From a virus (taxonomy: Duplodnaviria; Caudoviricetes): a stretch of DNA of 42,605 nucleotides. This document shows positions 1 to 9,143 of the stretch, piece by piece; the stretch's first letter is position 1; every line of letters starts with the position of its first letter. The position numbers were made by a program, and so were the translations under genes. Below the pieces are notes generated by a model. The model worked only from the letters and a program-made list of their open reading frames with translations. It was not told where the DNA came from and did not search any database. The DNA lies in the IMG/VR virus record IMGVR_UViG_3300020045_000175, positions 1 through 42,605 of that record; one strand, 5' to 3'.

Positions 1-400
1 ACTAGCGAAAGCAATGCTGCTTCAAGTGCTACTGCTGCAGCCAGTTCTGCTTCAGCTGCTAGTACGTCAGCTACTAATGCTGCCAGTAGTGCTTCTACAG
101 CCTCTACAGCAGCTACTACAGCTACAACTCAAGCCTCTAATGCCGCTACCAGTGCTACTGCTGCGGCTACAAGTGCTTCTAATGCTGCTTCCTCAGCTAC
201 TACTGCTGGTGGCTATGCTGATGATGCTCATGCTTATTCGCTTAGTGCTGCCGCTTCAGCATCTACGGCGACTACTCAAGCATCTAATGCAGCTAGTTCA
301 GCAACTGATGCAGCTACAAGTGAAACAAATGCTGCTGCTAGTGCTGCTGAAGCGGCAGGTTATGCAGCAAGTATCAATCCTTCTAGTTTTGCTACAGCTG
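1..400 (+). repeat. Low-complexity Ala/Ser/Thr coding repeat (fibre shaft)
   Basis: Degenerate GCT/AGT/ACT codon runs; TATTQASNAA occurs twice. Confidence 0.75.
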
Positions 401-1563
401 CTCAGGGGGCTCTAGCAGATACGGCCTTACAACCAGCGGCTATTACTAATATGCTTGAAACAAGCGATATTGGTGTTTCTGTTCAAGCCTACGATAGTGA
501 TTTAGCTACTATTGCTGCTTCTAATGCTGGTCCGGCTATTGCTTCTTATGGTCAATATGGCGTAGGTTTTAAAAACCGCATCATCAATGGTGCGATGATG
601 ATTGACCAGCGTAATGCGGGGGCTTCAATTACGCCAGCCGACACACAATACATGGTTGACCGTTTTGCGTATAACTCAACACAAGCGTCTAAATTCACAG
701 CACAACAAGTTTCTACTGCCCCTGCTGGATTTGTGAACTCACTAAAAATGACTGTTGCATCAGCCGTAAGCGTAGGTGCTTCTGATTTCTTTGCCGTTGT
801 TCAGAAACTTGAAGGTTTGAATGTTGCAGATTTTGGATGGGGAACAGCAAATGCTCAAACTGTTACCTTGTCTTTCAAAGTCTATTCTTCTTTGACAGGA
901 ACATTTGGCGGCGCACTTGAAAACAGTGCTGCAAACCGTTGCTATCCATTTTCATACACAGTCTCATCTGCTAATACATGGACAACAGTTTCAGTAACTA
1001 TTGCTGGTGATACATCTGGGACATGGACAACAAGTGACACCACAGGAATTGCTATTCGATGGAGTCTTGGAGCTGGTTCTACATATTCAGGTACGGCAGG
1101 TTCATGGGGTTCAACGCGCTATTTTTCCGTCACAGGCGCAACCAGCGTAGTAGGAACATCTGGAGCCACCTTCTACATCACTGGCGTTCAACTAGAAAAA
1201 GGCAGCACAGCCACATCGTTTGACTATCGCCCGTATGGTACTGAGTTGGCTTTGTGTCAGCGGTACTATCAACAATCATCGACTTGGTTCTGTTATGCAG
1301 TTAGCACGTCAGCAGTAAGAGCTTCTTTCCCTCTTGTTGCGAGTATGCGTTCAACTCCTACACCAACTGTTGCAACAACTTCAGGAGCTATTAGCAACCC
1401 CGCAGGAACTAACGGCACTCCGTCAGGTATTAGCGTGGTTTCATTTGACAGCACCAACCTATCGCTTGCTGTTAATTCTTCTGTAACTATGGCAGGGGCG
1501 CTTGCTGGTTACACACTTGCATCTCTTGGTGGTGCTTTAATCACTTTGTCTTCGGAGTTGTAA
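1..1563 (+). CDS. Tail fibre / receptor-binding protein, 5' end outside window
   Basis: Frame 1 is open from base 1 (TSESNAASSATAAASSASAA..., Ala/Ser/Thr repeats like side tail fibres) into the listed 451..1563 ORF; C-terminal module GFKNRIINGAM...GVQLEKGSTATSFDYRPYGTELALCQRYY is typical of aquatic phage fibres. Confidence 0.8.
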   Translation, partial: TSESNAASSATAAASSASAASTSATNAASSASTASTAATTATTQASNAATSATAAATSASNAASSATTAGGYADDAHAYSLSAAASASTATTQASNAASSATDAATSETNAAASAAEAAGYAASINPSSFATAAQGALADTALQPAAITNMLETSDIGVSVQAYDSDLATIAASNAGPAIASYGQYGVGFKNRIINGAMMIDQRNAGASITPADTQYMVDRFAYNSTQASKFTAQQVSTAPAGFVNSLKMTVASAVSVGASDFFAVVQKLEGLNVADFGWGTANAQTVTLSFKVYSSLTGTFGGALENSAANRCYPFSYTVSSANTWTTVSVTIAGDTSGTWTTSDTTGIAIRWSLGAGSTYSGTAGSWGSTRYFSVTGATSVVGTSGATFYITGVQLEKGSTATSFDYRPYGTELALCQRYYQQSSTWFCYAVSTSAVRASFPLVASMRSTPTPTVATTSGAISNPAGTNGTPSGISVVSFDSTNLSLAVNSSVTMAGALAGYTLASLGGALITLSSEL

Positions 1564-1564
1564 T

Positions 1565-1732
1565 ATGTATAAACTTGTAAATAAAGAACAAGACGCAGCG
1601 ATTGAGAGTGTTTTGTTAATTGAAAATAACATTTATGTTCCTTGCGACCCTGCCAACACAGACTACCAAGCCTATTTGAAATGGCTGGAAGAAGGCAACA
1701 CGCCTGAACCAGCAGATGAGGCCGCTACATGA
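1565..1732 (+). CDS. Small tail-fibre-associated protein (55 aa, not in ORF track)
   Basis: MYKLVNKEQDAAIESVLLIENNIYVPCDPANTDYQAYLKWLEEGNTPEPADEAAT; fills the gap exactly, ATGA overlap with next gene; DPANTDYQxYLxWxxEGNTPEPAD motif commonly follows this fibre type. Confidence 0.8.
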   Translation: MYKLVNKEQDAAIESVLLIENNIYVPCDPANTDYQAYLKWLEEGNTPEPADEAAT

Positions 1733-1947
1733 AAATAGAAATCTCTCATAACGAAATCTATGAGCGATTGTTAATCGTTGAACAAGAAGTGCATAGCTTA
1801 AAAGCTGAGACACGTTCTTTAGTAGACGCTTTTCATGCAGCTCAAGGGGCTTTTGTAGCCCTTGAATGGATTGCTAAAGTGGTTAAGCCAATCATCTATC
1901 TTGGTAGTCTTTTCGCAGGTATTGTCCTGTGGTGGAACCATAAATGA
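1729..1947 (+). CDS. Small membrane protein, holin/XhlA-like
   Basis: N-terminal coiled segment plus C-terminal hydrophobic helix; located in lysis cassette. Confidence 0.5.
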   Translation: MKIEISHNEIYERLLIVEQEVHSLKAETRSLVDAFHAAQGAFVALEWIAKVVKPIIYLGSLFAGIVLWWNHK

Positions 1948-2318
1948 TTATTGAATCAATCATTGGTGCCTTAGTCCCTATTGGGGCTGAGGCTCTTAAA
2001 CAAGCTACTACTAAATGGTTTGGTGGTGTACAGCCAACAACCATTGAAGACAAATTAAAATTAGATGCAAGCGATATTGAACGGATTAAAGCAATTGCAT
2101 TGCTGGATCAACCAGTTGGAACACCATCTCAGTGGGTGGTGGATTTACGCGCTTCTGCTCGCTATCTTGGAGCGTTAGCCGTTATTGGTTGTGGAATTGG
2201 TTCTATGTTTATCACTGGTCTTCCTCCTGCTGTATACACTACAGCTCTAGAAGCTGCCAATATTGCATTTGGTTTTCTATTTGGACAACGCATCGTAAAC
2301 AATTGGAATAACAAATGA
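1944..2318 (+). CDS. Putative holin
   Basis: Hydrophobic segments (YLGALAVIGCGIGSMFI, AANIAFGFLFGQR); directly upstream of endolysin with ATGA overlaps. Confidence 0.6.
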   Translation: MIIESIIGALVPIGAEALKQATTKWFGGVQPTTIEDKLKLDASDIERIKAIALLDQPVGTPSQWVVDLRASARYLGALAVIGCGIGSMFITGLPPAVYTTALEAANIAFGFLFGQRIVNNWNNK

Positions 2319-2683
2319 CATTCTCACTTTCCCAGAAATCCCTAGACAGGATGCAAGGAGTAGATAGTCGTTTAGTCCAAGTGGTTAAACGTGCTATTGA
2401 AATTACAACAGTTGATTTCAAAGTGTTAGAAGGATTACGCACTCCAGAACGTCAACAGGAGCTCTTAAAGCTCAAGGTGACACAAACCCTCAAGTCAAAG
2501 CATTTGGTGGGCTTAGCGGTTGATCTAGGGGCTTTACATGGCACTGACGTATCTTGGGAGAAACCTCTTTACTTTGAAATTGCAAAAGCAATGAAACAGG
2601 CTTCCAAAGAACTTAATATTCCCATCCGTTGGGGTGGTGATTTTAAGAGCTTCTTTGATGGTCCTCATTTTGAATTAGTATAA
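2315..2683 (+). CDS. Endolysin, M15 family L-Ala-D-Glu peptidase
   Basis: EGLRTPERQ, SKHLVGLAVD, WGGDF..FFDGPHFEL zinc peptidase motifs. Confidence 0.9.
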   Translation: MTFSLSQKSLDRMQGVDSRLVQVVKRAIEITTVDFKVLEGLRTPERQQELLKLKVTQTLKSKHLVGLAVDLGALHGTDVSWEKPLYFEIAKAMKQASKELNIPIRWGGDFKSFFDGPHFELV

Positions 2684-2684
2684 T

Positions 2685-2951
2685 ATGGCAACTAAGAAAG
2701 ACCCTCGCCTAGCTCGTGCTGGTGTATCAGGATACAACAAACCTAAAGCTACTCCTAGTCATGGCAGTAAAAGTCATGTGGTAGTAGCCAAGGTTGGTGA
2801 TCAAGTTAAAACAATTCGTTTTGGTCAAAAGGGAGTTAAAGGCTCTCCTGATGGTTCTAAACGTAACGAAGCTTTTAAAGCTCGTCATGCCAAGAATATT
2901 GCTAAGGGCAAAATGTCCGCAGCATATTGGGCAGATAAGGTTAAGTGGTAA
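2685..2951 (+). CDS. Conserved basic phage protein
   Basis: Lys/Arg-rich; KTIRFGQ...FKARH...SAAYWADKVKW motif widespread in phages; function unknown. Confidence 0.7.
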   Translation: MATKKDPRLARAGVSGYNKPKATPSHGSKSHVVVAKVGDQVKTIRFGQKGVKGSPDGSKRNEAFKARHAKNIAKGKMSAAYWADKVKW

Positions 2952-3448
2952 TGACTAAAAAAGCCCAGATGATTGATTCAATGGGCAAATTCCGAACACA
3001 GTCTCTGTTCCTTGAATTAGGATATAAAGATGAGGCTGTGTTCACTCTAAAGGATTTTGATCACGAGCATAACGATACGACATATGTGTCTTTGAAACGT
3101 TTGTATCTTGAATGCGAAGACCCTACAGAGTATCAATTTGCTCAGGCCCACCTCATGGGGTGGAAACATTGGCAACGTATGTGTGAGAATAAAGTCTTAC
3201 GCAAACATATTGACGAGTGGCGTGATGAGTTGGAAGTTAAGCTTCGCTCTCAAGCTGTACTCGATGTAATCGCTCAAGCGCGAGCAGGAACCTTTCAGGC
3301 AGCTAAATGGGTAGCCGATAGGGGTTGGGCTCAACGAGGTGCAGGACGCCCCTCTAACGCTGACGTAGAGCATGAGAAGAAGGTTCAAGCCCGTATTGCA
3401 GATGAATATGGTGGTGACGTAGTTCGCATGTTCCAGAAACAAGGATAA
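2951..3448 (+). CDS. Terminase small subunit (putative)
   Basis: Immediately upstream of TerL; DPTEYQFA...WKHWQR...WRDELEVKLRS motif; ATG 2951 overlaps upstream stop (TAATG). Confidence 0.65.
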   Translation: MTKKAQMIDSMGKFRTQSLFLELGYKDEAVFTLKDFDHEHNDTTYVSLKRLYLECEDPTEYQFAQAHLMGWKHWQRMCENKVLRKHIDEWRDELEVKLRSQAVLDVIAQARAGTFQAAKWVADRGWAQRGAGRPSNADVEHEKKVQARIADEYGGDVVRMFQKQG

Positions 3449-3450
3449 GC

Positions 3451-5061
3451 ATGGCAACCGATGATGAAGTGTGGCGTAAACAAGCTATAGTCAAACTAGA
3501 AAAGATGCCTGAAGAGGCTAAAGAAATTCGTGAGACAGCGATGAACGACCTCTTCTTCTTTGCTCGTTTGGTTAACCCTGGCTATGTATACGGAGATATC
3601 CATAAAGAATTATTTAGATGGATGCAGGAATACAGCCTATACGGGCAAGCAGACGATCAAACAAGCAACAAGCTTACCATGCTACCTCGTGCTCATTTGA
3701 AGAGCCATATGGTGGCTACATGGGCTGCTTGGATTATTACTCGTCATCCTGAGGTTACAATTCTCTATGTGTCTGCTACAGCTGAATTGGCTGAGACACA
3801 GTTGTATGCTATTCAGAATATTCTGGCTAGTACTGTTTACCAACGATATTTTCCAGAATACATTAACCCCCAAGAAGGTAAGCGTGAGAAGTGGAGTCAA
3901 CGTAAGTTTACGATTGACCATCTGAAACGTAAACAAGAAGGTATTCGTGATGCTACAGTGTCCACAGCTGGGTTGACAACTAACACAACTGGCTGGCACG
4001 CTGACATTATTATTGCAGACGACTTAGTGGTTCCCGAGAATGCGTATACCGAAGACGGTCGTGAAGGTGTGATGAAGAAAAGTTCACAGTTCACTTCTAT
4101 TCGTAACGCAGGGGGCTTTACAATGGCTTGTGGTACACGATACCATCCGTCAGATATTTATGCTACTTGGAAATCCCAAGAGTATGACGTGTATAGCCCT
4201 GAAGGTGATATTACTGGTCGTCAGCCTGTTTGGGAAGTAAAAGAATTTGCTGTAGAATCCGATGGTGTATTCCTTTGGCCTAAAGCTATGCGAGAAGATA
4301 AGAAGTTCTTTGGATTCGATGCACAAGTGCTATCACGAATTCGTGCAGAATATTCTGATCGTGTACAGTTCTACGCTCAGTATTACAACGATCCTAACGA
4401 TCCAGGTTCTAACCGTATTGATCGCTCTAGGTTTCAGTACTACGACAAGAAGTTTATCAAACAAGAGAGTGGCTCTTGGTATTTTAAACGTAAGAAGCTT
4501 AATGTCTATGCTGCAATTGACTTTGCGTTTAGCTTAAGTAAGAAATCAGACAACACTGCTATTGTAGTAATTGGTGTGGACGAAGACAACTATATCTACG
4601 TGTTAGATATCGCTGTGTTTAAGAGTGATAAGATTGCAGAATACTTCAGTCAGATTGCTAGCCTACATGCCAAATGGGAATTCAAGAAACTACGTGCTGA
4701 AGTTACTGTAGCTCAAGCAGTAATTGTACGTGATCTTAAAGACAAGCTGCGAGAAGAAGGTATGACTCTGTCAATTGACGAGCATAGACCTACTCGTAAC
4801 GAAGGTAACAAGGCAGAGCGTATTGCTGCTGCTCTTGAACACCGATATGAGAATCAGGCTGTATGGCACTTTAAAGGTGGATATACGGATATGTTAGAAG
4901 AAGAACTTGTCTTAGCTCGTCCAGCCCATGACGACATTAAAGATGCTCTTGCTTGCGCTGTAGAGATTGCAGTGAAGCCTAAGAGGGCACGAGACTTAGA
5001 AGATTCATATTCTAACGTTATTAAGTTTAATCCGCGTTTCGGCGGTGTTATGTATAGGTAA
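3451..5061 (+). CDS. terL: Terminase large subunit
   Basis: PRAHLKS Walker A variant, GWHADIIIADD Walker B, GTRYH motif, AIDFA nuclease Asp, HDDIKDALA C-terminal motif. Confidence 0.92.
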   Translation: MATDDEVWRKQAIVKLEKMPEEAKEIRETAMNDLFFFARLVNPGYVYGDIHKELFRWMQEYSLYGQADDQTSNKLTMLPRAHLKSHMVATWAAWIITRHPEVTILYVSATAELAETQLYAIQNILASTVYQRYFPEYINPQEGKREKWSQRKFTIDHLKRKQEGIRDATVSTAGLTTNTTGWHADIIIADDLVVPENAYTEDGREGVMKKSSQFTSIRNAGGFTMACGTRYHPSDIYATWKSQEYDVYSPEGDITGRQPVWEVKEFAVESDGVFLWPKAMREDKKFFGFDAQVLSRIRAEYSDRVQFYAQYYNDPNDPGSNRIDRSRFQYYDKKFIKQESGSWYFKRKKLNVYAAIDFAFSLSKKSDNTAIVVIGVDEDNYIYVLDIAVFKSDKIAEYFSQIASLHAKWEFKKLRAEVTVAQAVIVRDLKDKLREEGMTLSIDEHRPTRNEGNKAERIAAALEHRYENQAVWHFKGGYTDMLEEELVLARPAHDDIKDALACAVEIAVKPKRARDLEDSYSNVIKFNPRFGGVMYR

Positions 5062-5064
5062 TTA

Positions 5065-6813
5065 ATGTCAAACAAACCTCTAGAAATTGCTGTCAAATTT
5101 GGTCAGGATAACGAAGCCAAATATATTGCTCATACGTGGCATACGTATAACTCACAACGCAGAGAGAAGATTGAACTCTGGAAAGAGATTCGTAACTATG
5201 TATTTGCTACTGACACACGTACAACCAGTAATCAAACGCTTCCTTGGAAGAACAGCACCACTCTGCCAAAGCTTTGCCAGATTCGTGACAACCTACATTC
5301 TAACTATGTTTCTGCATTGTTCCCCAATGACGAATGGTTACGATGGGAAGGTTATTCACAGAATGACGGAACAAAGAAGAAGGCACAGGCCATCCAAGCC
5401 TATATGTCTAACAAGACACGAGAAAGCCATTTCCGTACTGAGATGAGTAAGTGTGTGTATGACTACATTGACTATGGTAATGCATTTGCAACTGTAGACT
5501 TTGAATCGTCATATACGGTCAATAAAGACGGTGAAAAGTCTGTACAGTACATTGGTCCTCGCCTACGTCGTATTAGCCCCTTAGACATTGTTTTTAACCC
5601 ATTAGCGCAGACGTTTACTGAATCATTCAAGATTATTCGTTACTTGAAGCCTATTGGTGAATTGCATCGTATGGCTATGGATGACCCTGAGAACCAATAC
5701 TTGAAGAAGGCTTTGGCTAAACGAGACAAGATGCAGAAGCAACGTAATGCTTATGGTGTCGATGATCTTGATAAAGCAGAAGGATTTAACATTGATGGCT
5801 TTGGTAACTACAGCGATTACTTGCAGAGTGGTTATTTTGAGATGCTCGAGTTCCACGGTGACTTGCATAATTTGGAAACAAATGAATTGCAAACAGGTCG
5901 TGTGATTACTGTTATTGATCGTATGTTTATGATTCGTAACGAAGCCGTTAAAAGCTGGAATGGACGACCTGAAATCTACCACGTAGGTTGGCGTACCCGT
6001 CCTGATAATCTCTGGGCTATGGGGCCTTTAGAGAACTTGGTGGGTATGCAATATCGTATTGACCATCTTGAGAACTTGAAAGCAGACGCTATGGACTTAG
6101 CTGTGCTTCCTCCTCTGGTTATTGCTGGTGAGGTTGAACAGTTTAATTATGGCCCTGGTGAAGAGATTCACATTGATGAGAACGGTAGTGTTACTGAACT
6201 GGCTCGTAACGTCCAATGGGTGATTACAGCTGAGCAAAACCTCGATAAGATCGAGATGCGTATGGAACAATATGCTGGCGCTCCTCGTGAAGCTATGGGT
6301 ATTCGTTCTGCTGGTGAAAAAACAGCTTTTGAAATTCAACAGTTGCAGAACGCAGCTGGTCGTATTTTCCAAGAGAAAATCACTACATTCGAGATTGAAT
6401 TGCTGGAACCAACGCTTAACGGTATGTTGGAAACAGGACGACGTAATCTTGATCGTACAGACGTTATTCGTGTAATGAACGACGACTTGGGCGTACAACA
6501 GTTTATGGAAATCACTCGTGACGATATTACTGCCTCTGGCATTCTTCGTCCTATTGGTGCTCGACATTTTGCTGCTCAAGCTCAAATGGTACAAAACCTT
6601 ACACAACTCTCTAACACACAAATCTGGGCACAAATCTCTCCTCACGTCAGTTCTATTGCTTTGGCTAAGACTGTTGAAGACCTGTTGAACTTCCAACGCT
6701 ACTCTTTGGTACGTCCTAACGTAGCAGTGTTTGAACAACAAGAAACCCAACGTTTAGCTGGACAAGCTCAAGAAGACTTGATGGTTGAACAATCAATGCC
6801 TGTAACTGAATAA
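5065..6813 (+). CDS. Portal protein
   Basis: 582 aa after TerL; DYIDYGNAF, RISPLDIVFNP, GEKTAFEIQQL motifs typical of podovirus portals. Confidence 0.88.
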   Translation: MSNKPLEIAVKFGQDNEAKYIAHTWHTYNSQRREKIELWKEIRNYVFATDTRTTSNQTLPWKNSTTLPKLCQIRDNLHSNYVSALFPNDEWLRWEGYSQNDGTKKKAQAIQAYMSNKTRESHFRTEMSKCVYDYIDYGNAFATVDFESSYTVNKDGEKSVQYIGPRLRRISPLDIVFNPLAQTFTESFKIIRYLKPIGELHRMAMDDPENQYLKKALAKRDKMQKQRNAYGVDDLDKAEGFNIDGFGNYSDYLQSGYFEMLEFHGDLHNLETNELQTGRVITVIDRMFMIRNEAVKSWNGRPEIYHVGWRTRPDNLWAMGPLENLVGMQYRIDHLENLKADAMDLAVLPPLVIAGEVEQFNYGPGEEIHIDENGSVTELARNVQWVITAEQNLDKIEMRMEQYAGAPREAMGIRSAGEKTAFEIQQLQNAAGRIFQEKITTFEIELLEPTLNGMLETGRRNLDRTDVIRVMNDDLGVQQFMEITRDDITASGILRPIGARHFAAQAQMVQNLTQLSNTQIWAQISPHVSSIALAKTVEDLLNFQRYSLVRPNVAVFEQQETQRLAGQAQEDLMVEQSMPVTE

Positions 6814-7085
6814 TGAAAACAATCCTTACTAAAGGTTTGTCTAAGGAACGTGCCGTAGAACTTGAAAGTGATTTCAAGGCTGCGGCCTTCTTTAGAGAAC
6901 GCCTATCGGCAACTCTAGAAGATAAAGTTAATACTTTACGCAAAGAAGTTAGACAAAAGAATCAATACGATTCTCCCTCTTGGGCGTTGACCCAAGCTGA
7001 TTATATTGGCTTTGAAAGAGCTATTTACGAAATTATTTCATTAATTTCTAATGACTCTGTCGAAAAAGTAACGAAAACGAAGTAA
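6813..7085 (+). CDS. Hypothetical protein
   Basis: Coupled to portal stop (TAATG); YDSPSWALTQADYIG motif. Confidence 0.7.
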   Translation: MKTILTKGLSKERAVELESDFKAAAFFRERLSATLEDKVNTLRKEVRQKNQYDSPSWALTQADYIGFERAIYEIISLISNDSVEKVTKTK

Positions 7086-7090
7086 TATAC
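7058..7090 (+). promoter_or_regulatory. Candidate phage sigma-dependent promoter (copy 1), upstream of tRNA/scaffold/capsid
   Basis: TGTCGA-N18-GTAATATAC; same motif and spacing at three other gene boundaries. Confidence 0.6.
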
Positions 7091-7161
7091 TTACGTAAGT
7101 ATTTATATAGTATACTTAATCAGTGAGTGTAACGAACGATTAAGAATTATATAGTATAAAT
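7087..7161. repeat. 16-bp palindrome plus long AT-rich imperfect inverted repeat
   Basis: ATACTTACGTAAGTAT (7087-7102); ATTTATA 7101-7107 pairs with TATAAAT 7155-7161; CTTAATC 7115-7121 pairs with GATTAAG 7138-7144; TATATAGTATA repeated at 7104 and 7148. Confidence 0.75.
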
Positions 7162-7217
7162 CCTAGAAATACTTAGTACAGATTAAACTCCTCGCCCTTG
7201 AGTTAATGGGCCCCAAA

Positions 7218-7291
7218 GCGGCTATAGTTTAATGGTAAAACGATATCCTTCCAAGTTATAGTCTACGGTTCGATCCCGTATCGCCGCTCCA
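7218..7291 (+). tRNA. tRNA-Gly (anticodon TCC) with encoded CCA
   Basis: Cloverleaf: GCGGCTA/TCGCCGC acceptor, GTTT/AAAC D-stem, CT-TCC-AA loop, TACGG-TTCGATC-CCGTA T-arm, discriminator T, CCA. Confidence 0.9.
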
Positions 7292-7318
7292 ATTTTTATA
7301 CGTATAGGAATTAAATCA

Positions 7319-8143
7319 GTGTCAGACCCGACCTCGATTTTTAATAATCAAAATCCGCAGACCCCTGCAACCCCAGACAATAGTGGTGCAAGCACACCAC
7401 CAAACGGTAATCAATCCAACCAGTTAGCAGACCTGCTCAGTTCGATTAAGAATGACCGTGGAGAGACAAAGTATAAATCAGTTGAAGATGCTCTTAACGC
7501 GTTGAAGCATTCGCAAGACTATATTCCTCAGCTAAGCGATAAGCTACGACAGCAGGAACAAGAATTGGCAGAAGCGAAAGCAGCAGCTGCTAAGATCACT
7601 GAACTTGAAAATACTTTGAAAGCACTCACTCAACAGAACAATACACCTGCTAGCCCACCAGCTACTCCAGGATTGTCAGAAGAGCAAATTGCTTCGTTAG
7701 TGACTCAAACACTTACACGCCAACAACAAGCAGAAGTTTCCAAGCAAAACCTAAACAAAGTAGTCTCCGCCGTAACGTCAGCGTTCGGTGAGAAATCTGA
7801 AGAGGTATTCTACGGAAAAGCAAAAGAACTCGGCATGTCGGTGGAAGACATTAACGCCTTGGCAGCACGTACCCCCACAGCAGCACTTAAGTTGCTCGGC
7901 TTGGATGGTAGTGCTAAACCTACTGGTAACGCTTCCTCAGGTAGCATCAACACCAGTGCGTTTCAGCCAGCACAAGAATCGTTCGTGAGTAAGAACGCTA
8001 AGCCTACATTGATTGGAGCCACAACCTCTGATCTGCGTGAGGAAAGCGCTAATTCTCGCAAAATGGTTGATGAGCTTCACGGACAAGGTTTGTCTGTGCA
8101 TGATCTCACCGACCCAAAAGTATATTTCAAACATTTTAAATAA
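7319..8143 (+). CDS. Capsid scaffolding protein
   Basis: Between portal and MCP; low-complexity N-terminus, KYKSVEDAL motif, coiled coil; GTG start after AGGA. Confidence 0.75.
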   Translation: MSDPTSIFNNQNPQTPATPDNSGASTPPNGNQSNQLADLLSSIKNDRGETKYKSVEDALNALKHSQDYIPQLSDKLRQQEQELAEAKAAAAKITELENTLKALTQQNNTPASPPATPGLSEEQIASLVTQTLTRQQQAEVSKQNLNKVVSAVTSAFGEKSEEVFYGKAKELGMSVEDINALAARTPTAALKLLGLDGSAKPTGNASSGSINTSAFQPAQESFVSKNAKPTLIGATTSDLREESANSRKMVDELHGQGLSVHDLTDPKVYFKHFK

Positions 8144-8152
8144 GGACAATTA

Positions 8153-9094
8153 ATGTCTCAAAATCGTGCAAATAGTACTGCTTTTATCGAAGCAGAACAG
8201 TATTCGGCTTTTATTCTCCGCAACCTGCAAGACGGTTTGCTCCCTGGCTCGTTCTACCGTAACGTCTCTGACTTCGGTTCTGGTACTACTCTCCACATTA
8301 AAACTGTGGGTACTGTTACCATTCAAGACGGCGCTGAAGAAGTTGCTTTCGACTACACACCAATTGAATCTGGTGAAGTTACTCTGACCATCACCGACTA
8401 CGTTGGCGATGCTTGGTATGTGACTGATGAGCTGCGTGAAGACGGCGCTCAAGTTGAAGCTCTGATGAGTGCTCGCTCTAGCGAATCTACTCGTGCTATC
8501 CAGGAAATCTTCGAGACTCGTTTCTTGAAGAAGGCTAACACTTCTCAAACTAACGCAGCTGCTAACCAAGTGAACGGTTTCGCTCACCGTATCGCTTCTG
8601 CTGAGACCAACAACGTTATTTCGTTGAACCACTTCATCTCTATGAAGCTGGCTTTCGACAAGGCTAACGTGCCTATGGCTGGTCGTATCGCTGTGGTTGA
8701 CCCTGTGGTTGCCGCTACTCTGGACAAGACTGTGTCTTTGGCCCGTGACGTGACTCCTTTCGGTCAGAAGATTCTTGAGAATGGTTTCGATCGTGAACAC
8801 ACATTCTTGATGAACTTGTTTGGCTGGAACATCATCACTTCTAACCGCTTGGATACTGGCACTTTCAGCGATGGCACTACCTCTGTGTCTAACGCTGTTG
8901 CTAACGTGTTCATGTCTGTGGCTGATGACAACACCAAGCCAATCATGGCTGCATGGCGTCGTATGCCTAAGGTTGAAGGCGAACGCAATAAAGACTTGCG
9001 TCGTGATGAGTTCGTTACCTCTGCTCGTTGGGGCTTCGGTACGCAGCGTGTTGATACCCTCGGTATCGTGATCACCTCGGCTGTTAACGCCTAA
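8153..9094 (+). CDS. Major capsid protein
   Basis: 313 aa, strong SD (TAAGGA), highly biased codons, GTTLHIKTVG and FDKANVPMAGRIAVVDP motifs of podovirus MCPs. Confidence 0.9.
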   Translation: MSQNRANSTAFIEAEQYSAFILRNLQDGLLPGSFYRNVSDFGSGTTLHIKTVGTVTIQDGAEEVAFDYTPIESGEVTLTITDYVGDAWYVTDELREDGAQVEALMSARSSESTRAIQEIFETRFLKKANTSQTNAAANQVNGFAHRIASAETNNVISLNHFISMKLAFDKANVPMAGRIAVVDPVVAATLDKTVSLARDVTPFGQKILENGFDREHTFLMNLFGWNIITSNRLDTGTFSDGTTSVSNAVANVFMSVADDNTKPIMAAWRRMPKVEGERNKDLRRDEFVTSARWGFGTQRVDTLGIVITSAVNA

Positions 9095-9103
9095 TAAAAA
9101 CAT

Positions 9104-9124
9104 GGGGAGCTAGTCTCCCCTATT
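9104..9124 (+). terminator. Hairpin after MCP (weak terminator or mRNA stabiliser)
   Basis: GGGGAG-ctagt-CTCCCC followed only by TATT. Confidence 0.45.
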
Positions 9125-9143
9125 AAAGAACAAAGGTAATATA

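Noticed and set aside
14-415. 133-aa Leu/Gln-rich ORF
   Set aside because: Frame-shifted shadow of the GCT-rich tail-fibre repeat; frame 1 is the real gene
1260-1563. Diversity-generating retroelement target in the fibre tip
   Set aside because: No reverse transcriptase or template repeat seen in the window
7218-7291. tRNA as prophage attachment site
   Set aside because: It is internal to the head module; no integrase, repeated att core or host genes seen
8150-9103. 317-aa antisense ORF spanning the MCP, and similar antisense ORFs at 6097, 16792 and 20569
   Set aside because: Explained by strong codon bias of the sense genes; no motifs or RBS recognised
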